A stretch of 64,000 nucleotides of DNA. Origin: Clostridia bacterium (GTDB lineage: Bacteria > Bacillota > Clostridia > Christensenellales > SZUA-584). The stretch covers positions 1,328 through 65,327 of the forward strand of contig JABGQS010000011.1 in assembly GCA_018648645.1 (NCBI GenBank), given 5' to 3'. Below the pieces are notes generated by a model. The model saw only the letters and a program-made list of their open reading frames with translations. It searched no databases and was not told where the DNA came from. A program made the translations under genes and the position numbers. Within the stretch, counting starts at the first letter, position 1; every line of letters begins with the position of its first letter. This document shows positions 48,120 through 55,656 of this stretch, one piece after another.

Positions 48120-49222
48120 AAGAAGTAAAACTTTTTGTTGGACCACAGCATCCGGGAATGCACGGCAACGCAAGTATTCATATGTACGTTGACGGCGATA
48201 TTATAAACAGGGCTTATTTGCTTCCGGGAATGCTTCACCGAGGTTTCGAAAAATCGATGGAGAAGCGCACGTGGATGAACAACATCGCGCTGATACCGCG
48301 CATTTGCGTGCCCGAACCCGACACAAACGAGATGGTTTACGCGATGAACATCGAAGCGCTGGCCAATATCGAAGTGCCGGAGCGAGCGCATTGGATTCGC
48401 ATGCTGGTGCTTGAGCTTGCTCGGCTCGCTATCCATTTGATGGCGTTTGGCGGCTGCGGCGGCCCGACAGGGCTGTACACTGCAATGTACTGGGCGCAGG
48501 CCGACAGAGACGGCATCCTCGAGCTGTTTGAAGAGATCTCCGGACAGCGCATATATCACATGTATATCGTTGCAGGCGGCGTTCGCAAAGACCTGCCAAA
48601 AGGCATCGAGAAAAAGATCATAGCGTATATTGACGACCTTGAGGCTAGGCTTCCCGACTATGAGGAGTTGGTACTCAACAACCCGTCGATACGAAAAAGA
48701 CTTGTAGACAACATCATTCTTCCAAAAGAAGTGGTTTGGGAGCTTGGCGTTACGGGTATCGGCATGAGAAGCGCAACAGGCGAGCCGTACGACCTGCGAA
48801 AAGTGACACCTTATGCAAGATACGACAAGGTGGAGTTTGACGTGCCGACAGCAACGTATTCGGACGCACAGACCCGAATGACGCTAAAGTACTTAGAGAT
48901 GTACCAGACGATTCGCATCATCCGCCAAGTGCTGGACATGATGCCAAAAGGCAAAGTCAGGGCCAAAGTTGACGACGGAAGCGCGCTGAGATGGAAAGTG
49001 CCTGCAGGTCAGGTATACAGCGCAGTCGAAGCGAGCAGAGGCGAATACGGCTACTACACTGTGTCCACAGGCGAGCTGATGCCATACCGCGTGGCGGTGC
49101 GAGGAGCGTCGTTCCCGCAAGGTCTGCTGGGGCTGGAGAAATACTTACCGGGTCACAGAATTGACGATGCACCACTCTGGTTTGACACGATGGGCATCTG
49201 TTCACCGGAAATCGATAGATAG
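48116..49222 (+). CDS. NuoD / [NiFe]-hydrogenase large-subunit homologue lacking two of the four Ni-Fe cysteines (MbxL-like)
   Basis: 'GPQHPGMHG' N-terminus. The N-terminal ligand motif reads 'RICVPE' (Cys64, Glu67) and the C-terminal motif reads 'GICSPEIDR' (Cys362, Glu365). Confidence 0.85.
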   Translation: MKEVKLFVGPQHPGMHGNASIHMYVDGDIINRAYLLPGMLHRGFEKSMEKRTWMNNIALIPRICVPEPDTNEMVYAMNIEALANIEVPERAHWIRMLVLELARLAIHLMAFGGCGGPTGLYTAMYWAQADRDGILELFEEISGQRIYHMYIVAGGVRKDLPKGIEKKIIAYIDDLEARLPDYEELVLNNPSIRKRLVDNIILPKEVVWELGVTGIGMRSATGEPYDLRKVTPYARYDKVEFDVPTATYSDAQTRMTLKYLEMYQTIRIIRQVLDMMPKGKVRAKVDDGSALRWKVPAGQVYSAVEASRGEYGYYTVSTGELMPYRVAVRGASFPQGLLGLEKYLPGHRIDDAPLWFDTMGICSPEIDR

Positions 49223-49234
49223 GAGCGAAAGCAA

Positions 49235-51058
49235 ATGAGTAAAAATAGTATAATTGCCCCATTAAAGGGCTGGAAGTATCTGTTCAAGAAACCCATTAGC
49301 GTTCCTATGGATGACATCTTTAAGAACCCTAGAGAGTCTCGTGATAACTATAGAGGCTTTCATGTGAACGATTGGGAAAAATGCATCGGCTGCGGCACGT
49401 GCGGCGAAATCTGCCCGACCAAAGCAATCACGATGGTCGAGCGCGGCGAGATCGAGGAGAAAGACGGCGTGAAAGCAGAGCGTCCTGTCGTAGACTACGG
49501 CAGGTGCTGTTTCTGTGGCTTGTGCGTGGATATCTGCGCATCGGGTTCGCTGAACATGACCAAAGGTTATCTGTTCAATTCATCCGACCCTGAGAACTAC
49601 ATTCACATGCCGAGGGAATTGGACATCACGGGCAAGGAGCATAAACTCGGCTACGTGAAAGACGAGTCTTCGGACTTGCTTGACCTAGAGCGCAAGCACA
49701 TGGAGCAAGTGGATCCGGGCGAACGCAAAAACTCGTTTGTCGAAATTGTTCGCGGTTTTTCTAAGCAGCAGGCAATTGCCGAATCCGCAAGATGTGTGGC
49801 GTGCGAAATCTGCACAAAAACGTGCCCTGCCAACATGAACATCCCCGATTACATTAAAACCATTTGGGACGACAAAGTTGAAGACGGGCTGGAGATACTA
49901 TACGAAACAAATCCGCTGCCGTCGGTGTGCGGTCGCATATGCACACACATGTGCGAAGACGCTTGCGCAATCGGCAACCGCGGAGACGCAGTCGCTATAC
50001 GATGGCTAAAGCGCTATATCGTGGACAACATGCCGGACGAGCAGTACGAGAAGCTGGCACTGGCGAGCGTGTCTAAAAAAGGCAACGGCAGAGTTGCAAT
50101 CGTGGGCGCAGGCAGCTCCGGGCTTTCGGCCGCGTATTATCTGACAACGCTAGGATACGAAGTGGAAATGTACGAGAAGCTGCCACTAGCCGGCGGACCG
50201 ATGCGCTACGGCGCGCCGCGATATCGCCTGCCCGACGACGTTGTTGACAAGGATATCGGCTTTATCGAAAAGCTCGGTGTCAAGATTAACACCGGCGTGG
50301 AAATCGGTAAAAATATTATGCTCGGAGAGCTTAAAGATAAGTTTGACGCTGTGTTTGTCGCGACAGGATATCCGCACACGCAGCACCTCGATATCGAAGG
50401 CAGCGAGCACAACGACGTCATTGAAGCGATGGATTTCCTGGAGGAATCTGCAGATTATGTCCGCGGTGTTTCCGCTATGCCGGACATTGAAGAAAACGTA
50501 GTGGTCATCGGCTCGGGCAACGTTGCTTTCGACGTAGCGCGGACGCTGATACGCTTCCAGAACGAGAAGTTTGGCAAGTCTAGTGTGATGATGATGGCGC
50601 TTGAGCGCGAGGATCAAGTCCCCGCAGACGCCGAGGAAGTTGAAGAAGGCACAGCCGAAGGCATCATATTTAACCTAGGCTGCGGACCGCAGAAAATCGA
50701 CATCAACGAGGATACAGGTGCTGTTGCTTCTGTCGAGGCGCACGCTTGCACACGGCTGTTTGACGAAAAGGGCAAGTTCGCTCCGGTGTTCGACCCAAGC
50801 ATCACGCAGTGCGTTATCACCAAGCAGGTTTACTTGGCTATCGGTCAAGTTCCCGACTTTTCATACATCAGCGACGAGCTTCAATCGAAAATGGACTTAA
50901 CCGGCGGCAAAATCAAAGTGGGTCCGCTCGGCGAAGTGAAAGGCATGCCTTGGCTGTTTGCAGGCGGCGACATCGTGCACGGCATGGACATCATCAACGG
51001 CGTGGCCGACGGTCACAAAGCGGCGCTCGGTATCGACAAGTACCTTTCGAAGAAATAA
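49235..51058 (+). CDS. Fusion of a NuoI/MbhN-like 2x[4Fe-4S] domain with a GltD/SudA/NfnB-type NAD(P)H-FAD oxidoreductase
   Basis: 'CIGCGTCGEICP' and 'CCFCGLCVDICA' (NuoI-like). 'RCVACEICTKTCP' and 'CGRICTHMCEDAC' (GltD N-terminal clusters). 'VAIVGAGSSGLSAA' (FAD), 'VVVIGSGNVAFDVA' (NAD(P)H), 'FAGGDIV'. Confidence 0.85.
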   Translation: MSKNSIIAPLKGWKYLFKKPISVPMDDIFKNPRESRDNYRGFHVNDWEKCIGCGTCGEICPTKAITMVERGEIEEKDGVKAERPVVDYGRCCFCGLCVDICASGSLNMTKGYLFNSSDPENYIHMPRELDITGKEHKLGYVKDESSDLLDLERKHMEQVDPGERKNSFVEIVRGFSKQQAIAESARCVACEICTKTCPANMNIPDYIKTIWDDKVEDGLEILYETNPLPSVCGRICTHMCEDACAIGNRGDAVAIRWLKRYIVDNMPDEQYEKLALASVSKKGNGRVAIVGAGSSGLSAAYYLTTLGYEVEMYEKLPLAGGPMRYGAPRYRLPDDVVDKDIGFIEKLGVKINTGVEIGKNIMLGELKDKFDAVFVATGYPHTQHLDIEGSEHNDVIEAMDFLEESADYVRGVSAMPDIEENVVVIGSGNVAFDVARTLIRFQNEKFGKSSVMMMALEREDQVPADAEEVEEGTAEGIIFNLGCGPQKIDINEDTGAVASVEAHACTRLFDEKGKFAPVFDPSITQCVITKQVYLAIGQVPDFSYISDELQSKMDLTGGKIKVGPLGEVKGMPWLFAGGDIVHGMDIINGVADGHKAALGIDKYLSKK

Positions 51059-51079
51059 TAACTATAGCAGCAAAATAAT

Positions 51080-51110
51080 AAAAAGACCTGCAAAGTGCAG
51101 GTCTTTTTTT
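51080..51110 (+). terminator. Strong terminator closing the 13-gene operon
   Basis: aaaaagacctgca-aag-tgcaggtcttttttt. Confidence 0.8.
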
Positions 51111-51189
51111 ATCATGCTATAAAAGACATATTAACAACTGCGGCATATCAAATTTCAATGCGCCGTTCTTCGCCCTTGCCCGCTAAACG

Positions 51190-51609
51190 CTACTCAATCC
51201 TCAAAAAGTTCTTTATAGAATCGAGTATCTCCTGCAAGTCAGTGATGACCTCATTGGCAGATTCCATGCTAACCGCAAGCTCCTCGAGCGAGCTCGTGAT
51301 ACTCTCTATATCATCCTCGTATTGCATAAACGAGTTCTCTACAGCAGCAATCTCCTCTTTTATCTCCTGCGTAATCTCGTCCACTTTGCCCTCCAGCTCG
51401 CCCATAAACATCTGCGACAAAGCGGTGAAATCTATCGGCGACTGCTCGCCCATGTTCTCTTCAATTTCGTCAAGCTGTCTTTGGATGCTGCGAAGCTCCT
51501 TCTCGACCCGCTGGTTCGAAATGTACAAGTAAGCCGCGAGGGCACCCGTCACCGCCAAAACAACGGCGAGCATGATAATCACTACTCTTAATAACGTTTT
51601 TTCTTTCAT
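51190..51609 (-). CDS. Single-pass membrane coiled-coil protein
   Basis: N-terminal TM helix 'VVIIMLAVVLAVTGALAAYLY', then an acidic heptad-like region. Lies downstream of the GT2-PilZ gene. Confidence 0.6.
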   Translation of the reverse strand: MKEKTLLRVVIIMLAVVLAVTGALAAYLYISNQRVEKELRSIQRQLDEIEENMGEQSPIDFTALSQMFMGELEGKVDEITQEIKEEIAAVENSFMQYEDDIESITSSLEELAVSMESANEVITDLQEILDSIKNFLRIE

Positions 51610-51745
51610 GATCCTTAACCTCTCTTTATGTTATGATTGTATTATACCATAAATACAGAAAAGTACTCTACCCGTACAAAAAAAGACCCGCGATTAGCCG
51701 CAAGCCTTTTATCAGAGTTGTTTATCAAATTAGAGCACCGCCGTA

Positions 51746-53641
51746 TCAGCTTTCGGGTGTCTCCGCCATCCTCGATGCAGCAGGTCCGTCTCCGTGCCAG
51801 TCGGGCAGAGAAACCTCCTTTGGGCTCATACCACCCTCGTTATATATCATTCTCGGCTTGGTCACAAACAGAAAATTGTACAGCCTTTCGCGCTCGCCGT
51901 TGGTAATTTCGCCAAACTTATAACCTACTCTTCGTTTTCCATCTTCCTCTTTGCTTTCAAACACCACGCTTCCGGTCAAATTAATCGCACCGTCCGGCAA
52001 GCGAACGTTGATGCTTTTTACGTTGGATAAATCGCACTGCTCTGCCAACGTCAAGCTGGCGCCCCCTCGCGAAATGTTGCCGACTTGTATCGTGTTTCTG
52101 CCTCCGCACGCACCGTCGACCCAACCGTTCAAGCTCACGTCAAATCTGTAATCCTGCCGCGCATACTTCTTCTTGAAAACCTCGTACAGCGCGAGTGCAA
52201 GCACCGTGATGTTGAACGCTGACCAAAAGAGTGCGACTACAACAGCGGCTGTTGAAGGGTATGATACGAGCACATTCCATATTGAGTTGACAGATGCGAA
52301 TATAATCGACACGATCAAAATCAACAGTATAGCAATTTGCACGTTGAGCGCGCGCCTGTCCTTTTTCTTGACAGATGCGCTTGCAGATTTCGGAGTCACT
52401 TTAAATATATTTTTTGACCAAAGCAGCGAGAACGAAGCTTTGATAAATGTAACCATTTTAAGCGTATTGAATTTCTCAACCGAGAAATACTTGAAATATC
52501 CGCGACCAATCGCTTTGTTGGTCAGCATGCTCAGCAAGAAATACGGCAGCCAGTGCAACAGAAAATCGAGCCCGCCCGTCACCTTTAGCGGCATAATGCC
52601 GGTCAAAAGCAGTATCGCGGGCGTCAGCAGATAAATCAGTTTCTGGTATGCATCGAAATACGTAAATATCGCGGCAAAGTGCGACAAACGCTGCCTCCAT
52701 TTTAAGCCGCGCTTTATCAGCGGATTGTCCTTGCTTCTAAATATCTTCATCGAGCCCTGCGCCCATCGCAGACGCTGAACAGAAAACGCGTGGAACGACT
52801 GCGGTGCAATTCCAAACGCCAGCGGCTCGTCGTGATAGCAAATCTTCCACCCCTTCGCGTTAAGCCGAATAGACGTCAAAAAATCCTCAGTAATACAATC
52901 TGTCGCAACACCGCCAACGTCCATTATCGCCGCTCTTCGGAGTATAGACGGGCTTCCGCACCAAAACGCTGCGTCGATGTTGTTTTTCCCGGGTTGTATC
53001 ACGTGATAGAAAAGCTGCTGCTCGTGCCAAAAAGAACCCGCCTTTTGATGCTGCATCGAATCGAGGTTAAAAAACTCCTGCGGCATCTGAACAATCGCTG
53101 TCTTTTTATTTCTGAAATAGCCGAGCGTCTTCTCAAGAAAATCGGGCTGTGGCACCATATCAGCGTCCACCACCACCACAAACTCGCCCTTTGTTTTGCT
53201 TAGCGCTTCGTTTATATTGCCGGCTTTCGCGTGCGTGTTTTTTTCTCTGCTTAAATAACCGCAGCCCATTTTTGCAGCAAGCTCACGAACCTCTTCGCGA
53301 TGCCCGTCATCCAGCAAATACGTTTTGTGCTCCATTCTCATGCGCATACAGCCGACTATCGTGGCTTCAAGAACGTGCAAATCTTCGTTGTAGGTCGGCA
53401 CAAACACATCAACGCTCACGCCCCGGAGCGCCTTTTGCGGCTTAATTTTATCGGTTTTCCAAGTCATCATCACAAACAGGAAAAAGTTGATGACGCCCAT
53501 AATTTCCGCAATCAACAAAACAACGGAAAAAACCATAGCCGCCGGGTTTAGCGTATACAGCCCTCTCCAAATGATATAATAAATAATATAAAGTCCAGTT
53601 ATAATGGACAGTAAATGTATGATGCGCTTCTTATACAGCAA
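51746..53641 (-). CDS. BcsA-like family-2 glycosyltransferase with a C-terminal PilZ domain (TTG start)
   Basis: 'VPTYNED', 'VVDADMVP', 'ITEDFLTS' and 'QRLRWAQG' (D,D,D,QxxRW). PilZ motifs 'RQDYR' and 'NISRGG'. GGAGG lies 8 nt upstream of TTG 53641. Confidence 0.85.
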   Translation of the reverse strand: MLYKKRIIHLLSIITGLYIIYYIIWRGLYTLNPAAMVFSVVLLIAEIMGVINFFLFVMMTWKTDKIKPQKALRGVSVDVFVPTYNEDLHVLEATIVGCMRMRMEHKTYLLDDGHREEVRELAAKMGCGYLSREKNTHAKAGNINEALSKTKGEFVVVVDADMVPQPDFLEKTLGYFRNKKTAIVQMPQEFFNLDSMQHQKAGSFWHEQQLFYHVIQPGKNNIDAAFWCGSPSILRRAAIMDVGGVATDCITEDFLTSIRLNAKGWKICYHDEPLAFGIAPQSFHAFSVQRLRWAQGSMKIFRSKDNPLIKRGLKWRQRLSHFAAIFTYFDAYQKLIYLLTPAILLLTGIMPLKVTGGLDFLLHWLPYFLLSMLTNKAIGRGYFKYFSVEKFNTLKMVTFIKASFSLLWSKNIFKVTPKSASASVKKKDRRALNVQIAILLILIVSIIFASVNSIWNVLVSYPSTAAVVVALFWSAFNITVLALALYEVFKKKYARQDYRFDVSLNGWVDGACGGRNTIQVGNISRGGASLTLAEQCDLSNVKSINVRLPDGAINLTGSVVFESKEEDGKRRVGYKFGEITNGERERLYNFLFVTKPRMIYNEGGMSPKEVSLPDWHGDGPAASRMAETPES

Positions 53642-53816
53642 CCAACATGCCTCCCTTTGTTATGTCAATGTAAACTCTCTTGTGCATATATACCCCGATA
53701 TAAGGGGTTTTAACCACATATTGTCCCATTTGCTGCGTCTCGGTAAAGGTATGCACAACAAAAGCAGCCCTAATCATGAGCTGCCTTTGCAATCATTACT
53801 TAGATTATTTTATCCG

Positions 53817-54104
53817 CTACTCGATAGTAACCACAACGCCCTTCCAAAACGCAACGTAATCTGTTATCATCGTAGCTTTCTCCAGCGGTTCGGGATAATA
53901 CCATGCCGCATTCTCGTTTCTCTGCCCATCCACCACGATATGATAATAGTACGCGAGACCCTTCCAAGGACACCGCGTGTGATAATCGCTCTTTTCAAAG
54001 TACTCCAGGTTAACATCCTCTTTCGGGAAATATTGATTTCCCTCTATCTCTATCGTATTTTCGCTCTTGGCAAGCTCTGCTCCGTTCCATGTCGCACGTA
54101 CCAT
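53817..54104 (-). CDS. DUF427-domain protein
   Basis: 'CPWKGLAYYYHIVVDG..NENAAWYYPEP' is typical of DUF427. Confidence 0.8.
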   Translation of the reverse strand: MVRATWNGAELAKSENTIEIEGNQYFPKEDVNLEYFEKSDYHTRCPWKGLAYYYHIVVDGQRNENAAWYYPEPLEKATMITDYVAFWKGVVVTIE

Positions 54105-54358
54105 CTTTTTACCTCCTTGCAGGCATCGTTTTTGCTCTGCCTATATTATACCCGCCCGCTTCTTTTTTTACAACTATTCGCCGGACAGTAACATTAGTAT
54201 CCCGGCATTGCAAAAATCGTTATTACGCCAATGTTACATCGGTCGTATTTGCTGTGATATAAAAATTATAAAGACTTAATTTGCTATCTGTTGCCTATCG
54301 TTGTAAAACTACGCTGTATTGATTATTCGTACTAATAAAAATTTATGGAGGTTTTAAA

Positions 54359-54517
54359 ATGAAAGCAAGAAGCTTAGTATTCTGGGTTGCGGTGGCATTT
54401 GCGGCTCTGGCACTGTTGATAACATTAATCGGATTCCCGTTCTTGATGGGCGCTGTTTGGTGGGCACTAATCGGATTCGTTATTTTGGTTGTCGGGTTCT
54501 ACTTAAAGAAACTCTAA
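54359..54517 (+). CDS. Small two-TM membrane peptide (52 aa; below the ORF-track cutoff)
   Basis: GGAGG ribosome-binding site 7 nt upstream. Translates to MKARSLVFWVAVAFAALALLITLIGFPFLMGAVWWALIGFVILVVGFYLKKL. A terminator follows. Confidence 0.5.
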   Translation: MKARSLVFWVAVAFAALALLITLIGFPFLMGAVWWALIGFVILVVGFYLKKL

Positions 54518-54540
54518 CAGCTACAACAACGATATCAAAC

Positions 54541-54575
54541 AAAAGGCTTGCTGCAATCTGTAGCAAGCCTTTTTA
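54541..54575 (+). terminator. Rho-independent terminator
   Basis: aaaaggcttgct-gcaatctgt-agcaagccttttt. Confidence 0.7.
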
Positions 54576-54696
54576 CTTTCCTCAATACTCCCTACCCGCT
54601 TGTTCAAAAAAAATGCCAAATCGCTTGGTTACAGTCTCCTTAGATATGCACATAAAGCCAAAATACTTTGCATTATTAAGAAAAAGAAAAAAAGGC

Positions 54697-54726
54697 TTGA
54701 CAGTACATAAAGTGTACTGTTATAAT
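54697..54726 (+). promoter_or_regulatory. Sigma-A promoter with an embedded palindromic operator
   Basis: TTGACA (54697-54702), 18-nt spacer, TATAAT (54721-54726). The spacer contains CAGTACA-N5-TGTACTG. Confidence 0.6.
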
Positions 54727-54783
54727 GAACTCATCGGTACACTTCATGTATCAATAGAGTTTATGTAACAAAAGGAGACGCGT

Positions 54784-55350
54784 ATGCCAAAGAAAACGAT
54801 AAGGCTTTCATCACAAGAGGATTTAAAGGTGTTCATGAGCCCGCAAAGACAAAAGTTGATGCGCAATATGCGTATGGCCGGCAAGCCCCTAACTTCGAAA
54901 GCGCTCTCAGATATGCTTGGTATCTCTACCTCTTCTGCTCAGTTCCATATCAAAAAGCTAGAGAAGCTTGGCATTGTCGAGCTTAGCTACACAGAGAAAA
55001 TAAAAGGTATTATCGCAAAGTACTATCGAATAGCAGATATAAACGTTAATATTGGCACGCACCTCAAGGACAATCTTTCAAAAGAGAGATACGTCATTAT
55101 GCAGAACTTAATACATAATACATTCGATGGTCTTATCGAATTTTATGAATCGGGAGTTTCAGATGAAGTTATTGAGGAGAACAGCGAGTTTATAAACGGA
55201 TTTGTAAATCTTACTCCCAATGATGCGCACGAGCTGCTGAATCTCATCAGAGAATTTGCAGACTCACGTCAAAACAAGGGCGCGGATACACAAATCTGGG
55301 AGTACACTTTAATGCTCTATAACACGGGAGCAGCTGATAAACAGCCTTAA
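54784..55350 (+). CDS. Winged-helix (ArsR-like) transcriptional regulator with a C-terminal extension
   Basis: 'LTSKALSDMLGISTSSAQFHIKKLEKLGIVE' HTH-wing pattern. GGAG ribosome-binding site. Confidence 0.7.
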   Translation: MPKKTIRLSSQEDLKVFMSPQRQKLMRNMRMAGKPLTSKALSDMLGISTSSAQFHIKKLEKLGIVELSYTEKIKGIIAKYYRIADINVNIGTHLKDNLSKERYVIMQNLIHNTFDGLIEFYESGVSDEVIEENSEFINGFVNLTPNDAHELLNLIREFADSRQNKGADTQIWEYTLMLYNTGAADKQP

Positions 55351-55398
55351 CCAACGCTCAGCACACATGCAACAACAATTACGAAGGAGGAAAATGAA

Positions 55399-55551
55399 AT
55401 GGGACACGAAACTTTGAATCAATACTGCAAAATAAAATCTTATTGCAAAAGTGAAGGACTAAACACGGAGCACTTCATCATATCCAATAGCAATCCTACA
55501 AAACACACAGGCAGGAAAAAAGTGAACGGCTGGCTGTCAAGAGGGAGGTAA
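55399..55551 (+). CDS. Possible 50-aa basic peptide (speculative)
   Basis: AGGAGG lies 8 nt upstream of the ATG. An ORF ends just before the terminator. No homology recognisable. Confidence 0.25.
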   Translation: MGHETLNQYCKIKSYCKSEGLNTEHFIISNSNPTKHTGRKKVNGWLSRGR

Positions 55552-55574
55552 TGAATCAGTTATCTTCAAACAAT

Positions 55575-55609
55575 AAAAGACTTGCTGCATTTCACTGCAA
55601 GTCTTTTTT
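55575..55609. terminator. Bidirectional terminator
   Basis: aaaagacttgc...gcaagtctttttt. Confidence 0.7.
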
Positions 55610-55656
55610 CTATTATAAACATACTACATATCAAGTAAATCTATAACCCTAAAGAG

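Noticed and set aside
48116-49222. Calling the operon a membrane-bound [NiFe] hydrogenase (Mbh/Ech type)
   Set aside because: Two of the four Ni-Fe-ligating cysteines are replaced by glutamate (CVPE and CSPE). No maturation genes are visible, so a hydrogenase function is unlikely.
53642-53816. c-di-GMP riboswitch in the leader of the GT2-PilZ gene
   Set aside because: Reading the minus strand shows a terminator for the upstream DUF427 gene and a small CCCC/GGGG hairpin. I could not find the conserved GEMM-type sequence blocks. This needs a covariance-model scan to be fully excluded.
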